From Trueperaceae bacterium (lineage in GTDB: Bacteria > Deinococcota > Deinococci > Deinococcales > Trueperaceae), in the NCBI GenBank assembly GCA_034521815.1, contig JAXHLW010000013.1, forward strand, positions 1,344,001 to 1,408,000: DNA of 64,000 nt. Reading direction: 5' to 3'. A program made the translations under genes and the position numbers. Shown here in pieces: positions 54,936-64,000 of the stretch; position 1 is the first letter of the stretch; the number at the start of each line of letters is the position of its first letter. The notes below the pieces were generated by a model. That model was given only the letters and a program-made list of their open reading frames with translations, searched no databases and was not told the origin of the DNA.

Positions 54936-56225
54936 ATGAACGAGGACGGAAGCGAACGAACGCTGACGCGCGAGCTCCCCGCGCACGACGGGGCTCGCGT
55001 CACGCTGCGCGGCTGGGTGCACGCCCGCCGCGACCTGGGCGGCGTGCAGTTCCTGGTGCTTCGGGACAGGACCGGCGCGGCGCAGTGCGTGTTCCACGGC
55101 ACCGAGATCCCTTTGCAGGAGTCGTGCGTCGAGGTCGGCGGCACGGTCGCCGCCTCGCCCAAGGCGCCCGGCGGGTTCGAGGTCCAGGCCGACCACCTGC
55201 GCATCCTGAGCCAGGCGACCGAGCCGACGCCGGTCGAGATCTCGAAGGAGAGCTGGAACGCCAATCCCGACACCCTCCTCGCCTACCGGCACGTGACGGT
55301 TCGCGGGCTCGAGGCGCAGGCGATGCTGAAGGTGCAGGCCGAGCTGGTCGGGGCGTTCCGGGCGTACCTGGACGCCGAGGCGTTCACCGAGATCTTCACG
55401 CCGAAGCTGGTCGCGGCCGGCGCGGAGGGCGGCGCCGACATGTTCGAGGTGGACTACTACGGCAAGCGGGCGTACCTGGCGCAGTCGCCGCAGCTGTACA
55501 AGCAGATCATGATCGCGGTGCACGAGCGGGTGTACGAGACCGCGCCGGTCTGGAGGGCGGAGGCGTCGCACACCACGCGGCACCTGGCCGAGTACCTCAG
55601 CCTGGACGTCGAGCTGGGCTTCATCGACGACGACGGCGACGTGATGGACCTGCAGGAGGCGCTGCTGGGCTCGATGATGCGCCGCGTCGGCGAACGCTGC
55701 GCCGCGGAGCTCGCGCTGCTTGGCGCCGAGGTGCCCGACGTGACCGACCGGTTCCCCCGCATCGAGCTGCTCGAGGCCCGGAAGCTGGTCGAGGAGCGCT
55801 ACGGCCACGCGCCTGGCGGCAAGGACCTGGACCCCGAGGCCGAGCGGCTGCTGGGCCGCTGGGCCAAGGAGGAGCACGGCAGCGACTTCGTGTTCGTGAC
55901 CCGCTACCCGCAGGCGGCGCGCCCGTTCTACACCTACCCGACCGGCGACGGCCTGACGCGCGGCGTGGACCTGCTGTTCCGCGGGGTCGAGATCACCTCC
56001 GGCGGCCAGCGCGTGCACGAGCACGACGTGCTGGTACGCGAGCTCGAGAAGCGCGGCATGGATCCGCGCCGCTTCGAGGGCTACCTCGAGGTGTTCAAGC
56101 ACGGCATGCCGCCGCACGGCGGGTTCGCGATCGGAGCGGAGCGGCTCACCGCCCTGCTGCTGGGGATCCCCAACGTCCGCTTCGCCCGGGCGTTCCCGCG
56201 CGACGGGAGTCGGCTGCAGCCGTAG
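54936..56225 (+). CDS. aspS: Aspartate--tRNA(Asp/Asn) ligase, short archaeal-type non-discriminating AspRS
   Basis: 429 aa. OB-fold GWVHARRDLGGVQFLVLRDRTG and SPKAPGGFEV, AYLAQSPQLYKQ, motif 2 WRAEASHTTRHLAEY, EITSGGQR, motif 3 GMPPHGGFAIGAERL, AFPRD. Confidence 0.92.
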   Translation: MNEDGSERTLTRELPAHDGARVTLRGWVHARRDLGGVQFLVLRDRTGAAQCVFHGTEIPLQESCVEVGGTVAASPKAPGGFEVQADHLRILSQATEPTPVEISKESWNANPDTLLAYRHVTVRGLEAQAMLKVQAELVGAFRAYLDAEAFTEIFTPKLVAAGAEGGADMFEVDYYGKRAYLAQSPQLYKQIMIAVHERVYETAPVWRAEASHTTRHLAEYLSLDVELGFIDDDGDVMDLQEALLGSMMRRVGERCAAELALLGAEVPDVTDRFPRIELLEARKLVEERYGHAPGGKDLDPEAERLLGRWAKEEHGSDFVFVTRYPQAARPFYTYPTGDGLTRGVDLLFRGVEITSGGQRVHEHDVLVRELEKRGMDPRRFEGYLEVFKHGMPPHGGFAIGAERLTALLLGIPNVRFARAFPRDGSRLQP

Positions 56226-56343
56226 CGGCGCATGAAGCCGACCGGGCGACCGGCCGCCTGCGCACGTGGCCACGCCGGTCGGGTTCGCGACGTAGACTAG
56301 ATCGTCCGTCCGTCCCGTCGTCCACCTTCGCTAGGGAGGAACC

Positions 56344-56988
56344 ATGCTTCGAGCCCTCGCCGTCGCTACCGCCGGCCTCGCCCTTCTTCTGGCCGCCTGC
56401 GCGCCCACGACCGCAACGTCGGGCGCCGACCTGTCGGCTCTCGACGCCGCCTGCGCCACCGAGCCAGCGCCCGTCGTCGCGGTGGTCCAGTTCGAGAACA
56501 CCACCGGCCGCTTCGGCACCACCGTCACGGGCGTCGAGGAGGCCGCGACCGCGCGCCTGATCACGCTGCTCAAGGAGAGCGGCTGCTACGACATCGTGGA
56601 GCAGAGCGAGCTGCAGAACGTGATGATGCAGCAGGGCCTCGAGTCGATGGAGCCCGAGGCGCTGGCCCGCGCCGCCGGCGCCGGCTACGTGATCACCGGT
56701 ACCGTCACGCGCGCCACGATCGCCGAGCCGGGCGTGTCGGTGTTCGGCGTCAGCCTGGGCGAGACCCGTGCGGACGTCGAGGTGGACGTGAGAGCCACCG
56801 ACATCATCACCGGCTCGATCGTCGTCTCCGAGACCGGTACGGGGACCGCCACGAGCCCGAACATCGCCGTCGACCGCATCCCGGCCGGCCGGATCGCGTA
56901 CGACGACCCGACCGTCGGACCGATCCTGGCCGACGCGTCGGCCGCGGCCGTGCGCGAAGTGGTGGCCTTCATCCGCGCCGAGTTCTGA
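56344..56988 (+). CDS. CsgG/HfaB-family lipoprotein
   Basis: Lipobox LAAC; VVAVVQFENTTG, LITLLKESGCYDIVEQSELQNVMMQQ, GAGYVITGTVT, VEVDVRATDIITGSIVVS; GGGAGG RBS. Confidence 0.75.
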   Translation: MLRALAVATAGLALLLAACAPTTATSGADLSALDAACATEPAPVVAVVQFENTTGRFGTTVTGVEEAATARLITLLKESGCYDIVEQSELQNVMMQQGLESMEPEALARAAGAGYVITGTVTRATIAEPGVSVFGVSLGETRADVEVDVRATDIITGSIVVSETGTGTATSPNIAVDRIPAGRIAYDDPTVGPILADASAAAVREVVAFIRAEF

Positions 56989-57086
56989 TCGAGCCGGCGC
57001 CGACCAAGCCGGCCCTAACGTGCGCGGCGCCTGCCTCCCGGCGGGCGCCGCGCACGCTTGGATCCGCCGCCGAAACCTGAGGCGGC

Positions 57087-59432
57087 TCAGCCGCCGGCGC
57101 CGAACGCCTCGCAGGAGAGACCCATCCCGCCAGCGAAGTCGGTGCCCGCCACGCCGGTCGTCATCGTGAACAGCAGGCCGGCCCCGGCACCGCCGAGCTT
57201 GCCGATGACCCCGCCGAGCCCCAGGCCGGTGACGTTGTTGATGTGCGCCTTCAGGAGGCAGCAGGCCTCGGCGGTGCCGCCCATGCCCTGGCAGTCCTTC
57301 AGCCCCTTGACGGCGAACATGAGCGTCATGGCGTTGTCCACGAGCTGGATCTCGTACTCGACCATCGTCTGACCGCGGCCGTCGGCCGTCACGCCCAGCG
57401 CGGCGCCCGACGTCGGGTCCAGCCGCCACCACGCCGCCTGCCGGTCCTGCGCCGCTCGCGGAATCAGCACCAGCGAGCCGCGTGCGAGGTCGTCCGCGAG
57501 CCGCGAGGCGGCCTCCGCGCCGACACCGAGGTCGCTGGCGTCCACCGCGTCGCCGGGACGCAGCAGCCGGTACGGGGGCGCTGCGTCGGCCGCCGCGACG
57601 CGCTGGGCGTCCTCGCTGTCCTCGCTCAGCATCTCGCGCTCCACGAGCGTCTCCCACACCCCGCGCCGTAGCGCGGCGCCGGCGTCCAGCGCCGCCCCTT
57701 CGGGCCCGGCCAGGACGCGGCGGGGGTTGGCGGCGATATCGATGCTGCGCACGAAGGCGACGTCGCCGCGCGGCGCCACCCGCTCGGAAAGCACCAGGAC
57801 GGCGGGAGCGGGTCGGTAGCCGGGTCCGGCCGCGACGCCGGCCACGGCACGGTCGAAGGTGTCGAACGCCGCCAAGTGGTCGAGCCCGGTCGGGCCGCCC
57901 AGCATGGCCTGGTCCAGGTCGGCGTCGGAATCGGGCTCGGCCATCTGGCCGACCACGTAGGAGAAGAACTCGCGCGTCTCCAGGAGCCGTGACAGGGTCC
58001 GGTCCAAGAGGTACCCGGCCGGCAGGGCGCCGGTCGACACCATCAGTCGGTGCCGTCCGAGCACGGCCCGCGCCGGGTCGGGCGCGTCGGGATCGATGCG
58101 GACGCGCCCGGCAGCGCGATTCTCGGCGCCGATCCGATCCAGGATCCAGCGGCGGTGCAGCGTTTCCCGGCCGTCCGGGGCGATCAGCGTCACGTCGATC
58201 CCGTGTCCCGCCAGGGCCAGCGGGTCGCCGTCGGCTCCATCGCCTCCTCCCCCGAGCGCTCCCAGCGCGCCCACGGCCTGCTCTCCGGCGCCGGCCACGG
58301 AGCGGAACACCCCCGCCGCGACGTTGTTGGCGACGTCCGGCGAGATCGCGCGGCCGTCGAGATCGAAGATCTGTGCGCCGGGAGCGAGCGCGCCGTCGAA
58401 GTACGGCGCGAACACCTCGGTCTCTTGGGCCACCCGCGCGAGGTCGAACGCACCGACGTCGCCGCCGGGCGCCGAGTTCGGGTAGTTGGCGTACTCGAGC
58501 ACGACGCCGGCAGCGTTCGCGGCCGGTCGCTCCCACGCCTCCATCACCGGCACCCGCGTGAGCTCGTCGCCGCGCTTCTGCTCGATCCACGCCTGGATGC
58601 GCACCCGGTGCTGCAGCTCGGCGGGAATCGCGCCCTCGAGGACCCGTTCCGGCTCGAGCGACGCGTCCGGCTCCAGGCCGGTCGGGTGGGCCGACCTCCA
58701 GGGATCGTCGGGGCCCAGCCGGTACTGCGTCCAGGCGTAGCCGCGCGCCTCGGAGCGCAGCACGCCGGCGGCGTCCTCGGCGAGGGACACGCCGGCGTCG
58801 GCAAGGGCGGCCTCGATGCCGGCGGCGATCGTCTGCAGCTCCTCGCGCAGCGGCTCGTCCTCCACCGGGGGCGGCGCGATCGTCGCCTCCAGCGAGGCCA
58901 GCAGCTCCTCCTCGGGCGTGGCGACGATCTCGGCCAGGCGCGAGAGCGCGTCCCTCAGCACCCCTACGTCGCCGATCGGCGGCGCTGGAGGAGCCGCGAG
59001 GGAGGCGCGTGCGAGCAGGCGCTCGGCCGCCGCCTCGTCCAGCGTGGCCAGGGCGATCCGCGTCTCGAAGCCTGCGTCGCCCAACAGCCGAGCGAGCAGC
59101 GTGGCCTGGTCGAGGGCGTTGCCGGCCCGGGCGCGCAAGGTGCCGTCCGGCCCGCGGAGGAGCCCGGCGTACGGCTCGTAGGTCACGTTCTCGGTCACCC
59201 AGGCAGCGATCGTGTCGGCGTCCTCGAAGGCGAGCTCGAACGCCAGCTCACCGGCGTCGAACGCGCTTCGATCGATCGCGCCGCGCATCTCCTCGAGGAT
59301 CGACATGAGCTCGTCCAGACGCCCCAGCGCGGCAGCCCGATCGTCGTAGCGCACCGTCCCCTGGGCGATGGCGCTGCCGGCCACGCTCGCCATGAGCGCC
59401 ATCAGCAGCGCGAAGATCGTCCGTCTCATCAT
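57087..59432 (-). CDS. Secreted hypothetical protein with a degenerate transglutaminase-like domain and Gly/Cys-rich hydrophobic C-terminus
   Basis: 781 aa, signal peptide, GAGGAGG RBS. WVTENVTYEPYAGLLRGPDGTLRARAGNALDQATLLARLLGDAGFETRI; GYAWTQY...WRSAHPT; WWRLDPTSGAALGVTADGRGQTMVEY followed by a Gly-rich tail. Confidence 0.7.
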   Translation of the reverse strand: MMRRTIFALLMALMASVAGSAIAQGTVRYDDRAAALGRLDELMSILEEMRGAIDRSAFDAGELAFELAFEDADTIAAWVTENVTYEPYAGLLRGPDGTLRARAGNALDQATLLARLLGDAGFETRIALATLDEAAAERLLARASLAAPPAPPIGDVGVLRDALSRLAEIVATPEEELLASLEATIAPPPVEDEPLREELQTIAAGIEAALADAGVSLAEDAAGVLRSEARGYAWTQYRLGPDDPWRSAHPTGLEPDASLEPERVLEGAIPAELQHRVRIQAWIEQKRGDELTRVPVMEAWERPAANAAGVVLEYANYPNSAPGGDVGAFDLARVAQETEVFAPYFDGALAPGAQIFDLDGRAISPDVANNVAAGVFRSVAGAGEQAVGALGALGGGGDGADGDPLALAGHGIDVTLIAPDGRETLHRRWILDRIGAENRAAGRVRIDPDAPDPARAVLGRHRLMVSTGALPAGYLLDRTLSRLLETREFFSYVVGQMAEPDSDADLDQAMLGGPTGLDHLAAFDTFDRAVAGVAAGPGYRPAPAVLVLSERVAPRGDVAFVRSIDIAANPRRVLAGPEGAALDAGAALRRGVWETLVEREMLSEDSEDAQRVAAADAAPPYRLLRPGDAVDASDLGVGAEAASRLADDLARGSLVLIPRAAQDRQAAWWRLDPTSGAALGVTADGRGQTMVEYEIQLVDNAMTLMFAVKGLKDCQGMGGTAEACCLLKAHINNVTGLGLGGVIGKLGGAGAGLLFTMTTGVAGTDFAGGMGLSCEAFGAGG

Positions 59433-59501
59433 CCCTCCTCCTCCCCACGGCGACGCTCGGCGCCCCCGGAACCTGCTCGCCTGCCCACGGTCCGCACGCG
59501 T

Positions 59502-62500
59502 CTACGGCGCCGTCACGCTCACGCTCCCGTCCCCCGGCACGCGCACGTCGCGGATCAGCGCCGGCGGCGCGCCGGGTACGCGCACCGTGTACACGCCCAT
59601 CGGCAGCTCGACCGAGCCGCTCCCGACGCGACCGCGCGCGACCACCTCGCCGCCGGGGCCCAGCACCTCGAACGGCGGGTAGAGCGCCTGCTCGATCTCG
59701 GTGCGCAGGGCGGCCGTGTCGTCGGCCGCGGCGTAGCTGCCCGACGCCCGCTGGGCCAGCGCCTCGAAGCCGGCACGGACCTCGTCCGACTCGACGCCCA
59801 GCGTGACGATCGACAGGTTCACGTCGACGCCCTGCTCGCGTAGCGCGTCCAGCGCCGCGGCCGGATCCCCTCCGCACGACTCCTCGCCGTCGGTGATCAG
59901 CACCACCGTGCTGCCTTCCGCCTGACCCAGGTCGCTCGCGACCTGCGACAGCGCGTCGGCGATCGGCGTCTGCGACAGCAGCTTCGGCTGGATCTCGCGG
60001 ATCGCCGCGAAGGCGGCGTCACGGCTCAGCGGCTCCATCGGGATCTCCAGCCGCGACTCGCACGACTGCGGCGTGATGTGCCCGAAGGCGCGCAGCGCGA
60101 ACGGCGTGCCCTCCGGCAGGATCTCGCCGACCAGCTCCGACAGCACCTGCCGTGCCGCGTCGATGCGCGACGTCCCGTCGGGCAACAGCGCGCCCATCGA
60201 TCCGCTGGCGTCGAAGATCACCTCGACGCCGGGAAGCTCGGCGTCGGCGCCGCGCTCGACCGACAGCGTGCCGGGGCCGGGCGGCTCCTGGTAGCGGACG
60301 GCGACGTGGAGGGTGTACGGCTTGGGCCGGCGAAGGTGGCACGAGGCGCGCCGGAAGCCGGCCTCGAAGTCGCCGACGTTGCGGGCGTAGTCGTACACGC
60401 CGCGGTTCGCGGCGGCGTAGGCCTGCATGCGGTCCTGCGTGATGCCGGACCCGCCACTGGACACCTCGAAGGTGAACACGCGCGGACGGACCTCCTCGAT
60501 CGCGCGCCACAGGTCGCCCGAGAGGCTGTACCCGCCCGACTCGTGGTCGGTGATCAGCAGGATCGCGCGGGTGCCCTCGCGGTCGCCCAACGACCGGACC
60601 GCGCTCAGCATCGCCAGCTCGGCGTTGCTGGAGCCCACGGACGCGGGACTGAACGCGGCGCGGTGCCGCCCGACGTAGGCGGGGTCGCCGCTCCACCAGG
60701 GCAGCAGCCACAGCGGCTCGGGGTCGTCGAACGCCAGCAGCTGCGCCGCCTCCCGCTCCGGGTTCAAGTCGCGGGCGAACGCCGCGACCGACGCGTTGGT
60801 GATCGGCAGGAACGGTCCCATGCTGCCGCTCGAGTCCCAGGCGAACACGACGCTGCGCTTGGGCTCGTCGAGGTGGAGGTAGTAGCTGCCGGGGTCGACG
60901 AAGGCGGTGAGGCGCAGGCCGTCCTCCTGCTCGGCCGCGTCGTGCACGACCGGCTCGCCGCCTGCGTCCAGCAGCTCGTAGCGGACCACGCCGGGATCGG
61001 CGTCGAGGCGGAGCTCGATCACGTTCGATCCGTCGGGAACGTCGATCCGCCACCAGTCCTCGTCCTCGGCGACCAGCACGGCGCCGCTGGCGACGTCGCC
61101 GTCGCCGATTCCACGGGCACCGTCCCGCACGTCGTCGCTGCCGTCGTCGTCCACGCGGACCCGGGCCGAACCGTCCAGGTCCGCCGCGGCCGCCTCGTAC
61201 GGTCCGTACGGCCGGTTGTGGCCCCAGACGCCCAACGCGCTGCGGTAGTCTTCGCCGCTCTGGACCTCGTAGGCGTGCACGGACGCTGGGAGGTAGACCG
61301 AGTTGTCCTCCGGGTCGTGGCCACTGGCGGTGAAGCGAAGGTAGCGGGTCCAGATCGGCGCGTCCAGCTCCATCTCGCGCCGTTCACCGTGCGCCAGGTC
61401 CAGCGACCAGGTTCCGACCTCCGTCCACGGCCCGATCGGCCCCTCGAGGCTGGCCTGCACGGTCACCTCGCGGAAGCCGGCCTCGGCCCGGCCCCGATCC
61501 GAAGCGACCCACGCCAGGCGCTCGATCCGCGCGGCACGGCCGTGGTGGAACCCGACGGTGAACACCGCCTCGGTGACCGCGGCCGTCGATGCTGGCAGTC
61601 CGATCGACGTCCGGAAGCACGGCGTTCTCGCCGACCAGCGGATCCGACGACACCACGACGCCGCCCAAACGCTGCGCGGCGAGGTCGATCGGCTCGCTGG
61701 GGCTCCAGCTGCCCGACAGCAGCTTCCACTCGCCCAGCCAGACCGACCTCCGAGCGCGTCCGTCGTGGTCGTCGATCGCGACCAGCCGGGCGTAGCGCGC
61801 GCGGACCGGCCGGTCGAACACGAACGCCTGCTCGACCCGTGCGGCGTCGAGGCTGTCCTCCAGGACCGTCTCCCAGCTCTCGCCGTCGAGGGACGTCTCG
61901 ATCCGGAAGCGCCGCAGCTGCGAGAGGACGGCGCGCGACTGGGGATGCAGCAGCGTGCCGCTCAGCTCGATCGGCTCGTCGCCGGGAAGGTCCAGCACGA
62001 ACGCGTCGCCGGCGTCGCGGCTCGCGCCGCGGCCCGGCGAGGTCCAGCCGTCGTTCAGGTAGACGTCGTTGCCGGCGTCGCTGTCGATCACCGTCGCACC
62101 GAACGGCGCCCAGGCGACGTTGTGGTGACCGGCCAGCGCTGCGGGAACGCGCGACCGCGCGACCGGCGCGACCGGCGCCGCCTCGCAGATCGGTGCCAGC
62201 GCGACGGTGGTGGTCGCGACGCCGTCGTCGCTGCGTGCGCCCAACGTGATCCGTAGCGGCTGATCGTCGCGCACGTCGTCCGGCAAGCGGATCTGGAACG
62301 GCACGGTCGTGCTGGCGCCCGCCTCGACCTGAACACGGTCGGGCAGGGTGACCTCGACCGGCTGGAGGGAGGCGACCGCCTCGAGGCGGACCTCGCGCGT
62401 GCCCCCGGCGTCGCTGCCGATGCGCAGCTCGCCATGCACCACCTGGTGCGCCCCCCAGTACGCGGCGACGTCGCTGGCGTCGACGGTGGCAGACACGTCC

Positions 62501-64000
62501 AGGCCCGAGGCGCCCGCGGGCGCCCGGAGCTGGCGGGGATCGGGCTCTCGGTCGAACGAGAGCTGCAAGTCGTAGCTGCCGCGCCCGGTGAGGCGGAGGT
62601 GCGACTGCCCGCCGGCGGCGAGGGTGGCGCGCAGCACCACGTCGTCCGCGCGGTCGGCATCGGCGTCACCGAGCACGGAGACGCGCGCCCCGCCCACCTC
62701 GCCACGGACCTCCAGCACGGTCGGCGCGTCGAACGTCGGCAAGGCGTACACGTCGGCGTCCCCCATCGTTCCGGAGGTACCGACCAGGCGCAGGTCGGCG
62801 GGCAGCGCAGCGGCTCGGCGAGCGTCGTGGTTCGGCTCGACGTCGACGGGCAGCGCGATCGGATCCAGCATCGTCCCGCGCAGCTGGTACCAGCCGTCGC
62901 TGCTCTCTTCGGGCCAGGCGACCACGTCGTAGTCGCCGGCCAGCAGCCAGCCCTCGAACACGGCAGGACGGCCCGGGCCCTCGGCGACGGCGCGATCGGC
63001 ATCGCTGACGTCGATGGTGACCTGCCCATCCTCCGGCGGCACCGCCTCGATGCGGACGTAGGCGTCGTTCAGGAGGGTGAAGCGATAGACGTCCCGGTCC
63101 CCGTCGGTCAGCGTGCCCACGCGCGTCGTCCCGAACGGCAACAGCTGCGAGCGCTCGCTTCCGTCGTTCGGCTCGCTCTCGATCCAGCCGGACGGGGCGG
63201 GCGGGCCGGGGTCGGCCAGCGCCTCGACATCGCTCGCGTCGCTCGGATCCGCTGGCCCGCTCGGGGCCGCCTCGGCCGGCTCGAGCGGCGCCTCCGCGGA
63301 CGCACCGGGATCGGCGTCGGCCGCGGCGGCCGCGGCGGGCTCGGGAGGCGACGGCGGGTCGCCGGTGCGTAGCCCCCGCACCGCCCAGTCGCCCTCGCCG
63401 CCGACCTCGACGTAGACCGAGCCCGGCTCCAGGACCAGGTTGTCCAGCCGCAGGCGACCGCTGCCGCCGACGGCGCCGAGCCTCCGGCCGCCGCTGTCGT
63501 ACACGGCGAGGTCGGCCAGGCCGTCGCCGATCGCCTGCACGCGCCACAGGCCGGCGTCGTCGCCGATCTCGAAGCGCATCACGTCGGTGTCCTGCGTCTG
63601 AAGGGTTCCGCGCAGCGTCGCGCCCTCCCCCATCGGGGATGCTGCTGGGCGAACGTCGTTCGGCTCGGCCTCGTAGCCGTCGCGTGGCGTCGTTCCGGGC
63701 TCCAGCGCGACGCGATAGCTCGCCGCGTCGCTGCCCGCGACGGTCAGGTAGTGGATCCCGGCGCCGAGCACCAGGCCGGCGACGCTGCCGCTGCTCCCGC
63801 GCCGGGAAAGAAGCTCCTCGCCGTTCTCGTCGCGGAGGACGACGGTGACCTCGCCGTCCGCCTCCAGCGTCAGGTCGAACGCCTCCTCCGCCCGCTCTTC
63901 GGGCACGTCGACGACGATCCAGTCGGTCCGCTCGGCGACGCCGTCGAACGGCTCGCCCAGCCGCATCGGGTTCGCGTTCGCGCGGTCGTCGTTCGGCTCG
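59502..64000 (-). CDS. Very large extracellular protein with PPC-like repeats, discoidin(F5/8)-like domains and two VWA domains; 5' end outside the window; frameshifted (+1) near 61580
   Basis: ORFs 61384..63966 and 59502..61565 join, and the frame is open to the window edge (EPNDDRANANPM). Repeated E-P-N-D/H starts and D-x-D-x-Y/W motifs; RRFRIETSLDGESW...PVRARYARL; MIDAS motifs AWDSSGSMG and IFDASGSMG with LLITD / VLITDGEESCGGDP. Confidence 0.82.

Noticed and set aside
56344-56988. Curli secretion operon
   Set aside because: Only a lone CsgG/HfaB-like lipoprotein; no csgA/B/E/F-like genes in the window.

Overview
High-GC bacterial chromosomal window, most likely Deinococcota (Trueperaceae/Deinococcales-like). 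This assignment is inferred from the futalosine pathway, an archaeal-type non-discriminating AspRS, MutS2, an HspR-type HAIR box at hsp20 and many apparently leaderless genes (TANNNT 5-8 nt upstream of the start codon). The window holds about 52 protein genes and no rRNA, tRNA, CRISPR array or mobile element that I can recognise. Housekeeping content: acnA (5' part), trxA, mqnC plus a likely aminodeoxyfutalosine deaminase, an orphan mreB, ggt, FKBP, MATE, hsp20, mutS2, pta, a TPP-riboswitch thiamine uptake system split by two oppositely oriented genes, and aspS2. Strongest candidates for new biology: (1) a leaderless 28-codon leader peptide with an Asn-Leu-Arg-Asp-Asp-Asn cluster and an intrinsic terminator ahead of the non-discriminating Asp-tRNA(Asp/Asn) ligase, i.e. 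a putative Asp/Asn-sensing ribosome attenuator; (2) a 1064-aa P-loop NTPase/TPR protein translationally coupled to an acuA-acuB-acuC acetylation/deacetylation operon; (3) a secreted pair made of a giant PPC/discoidin/double-VWA protein and a catalytically degenerate transglutaminase-like protein with a Gly/Cys-rich hydrophobic tip, next to a CsgG-family lipoprotein; (4) a LacI-controlled glucosylglycerate/mannosylglucosylglycerate uptake and turnover cluster; (5) a phosphorylase-kinase-regulatory-subunit-like GH15 protein and an ankyrin-M23 fusion. Five genes carry frameshifts, all of net +1 phase, which create false fusion ORFs in the supplied track. Most may be assembly errors, but one coincides with a 10-bp tandem duplication.
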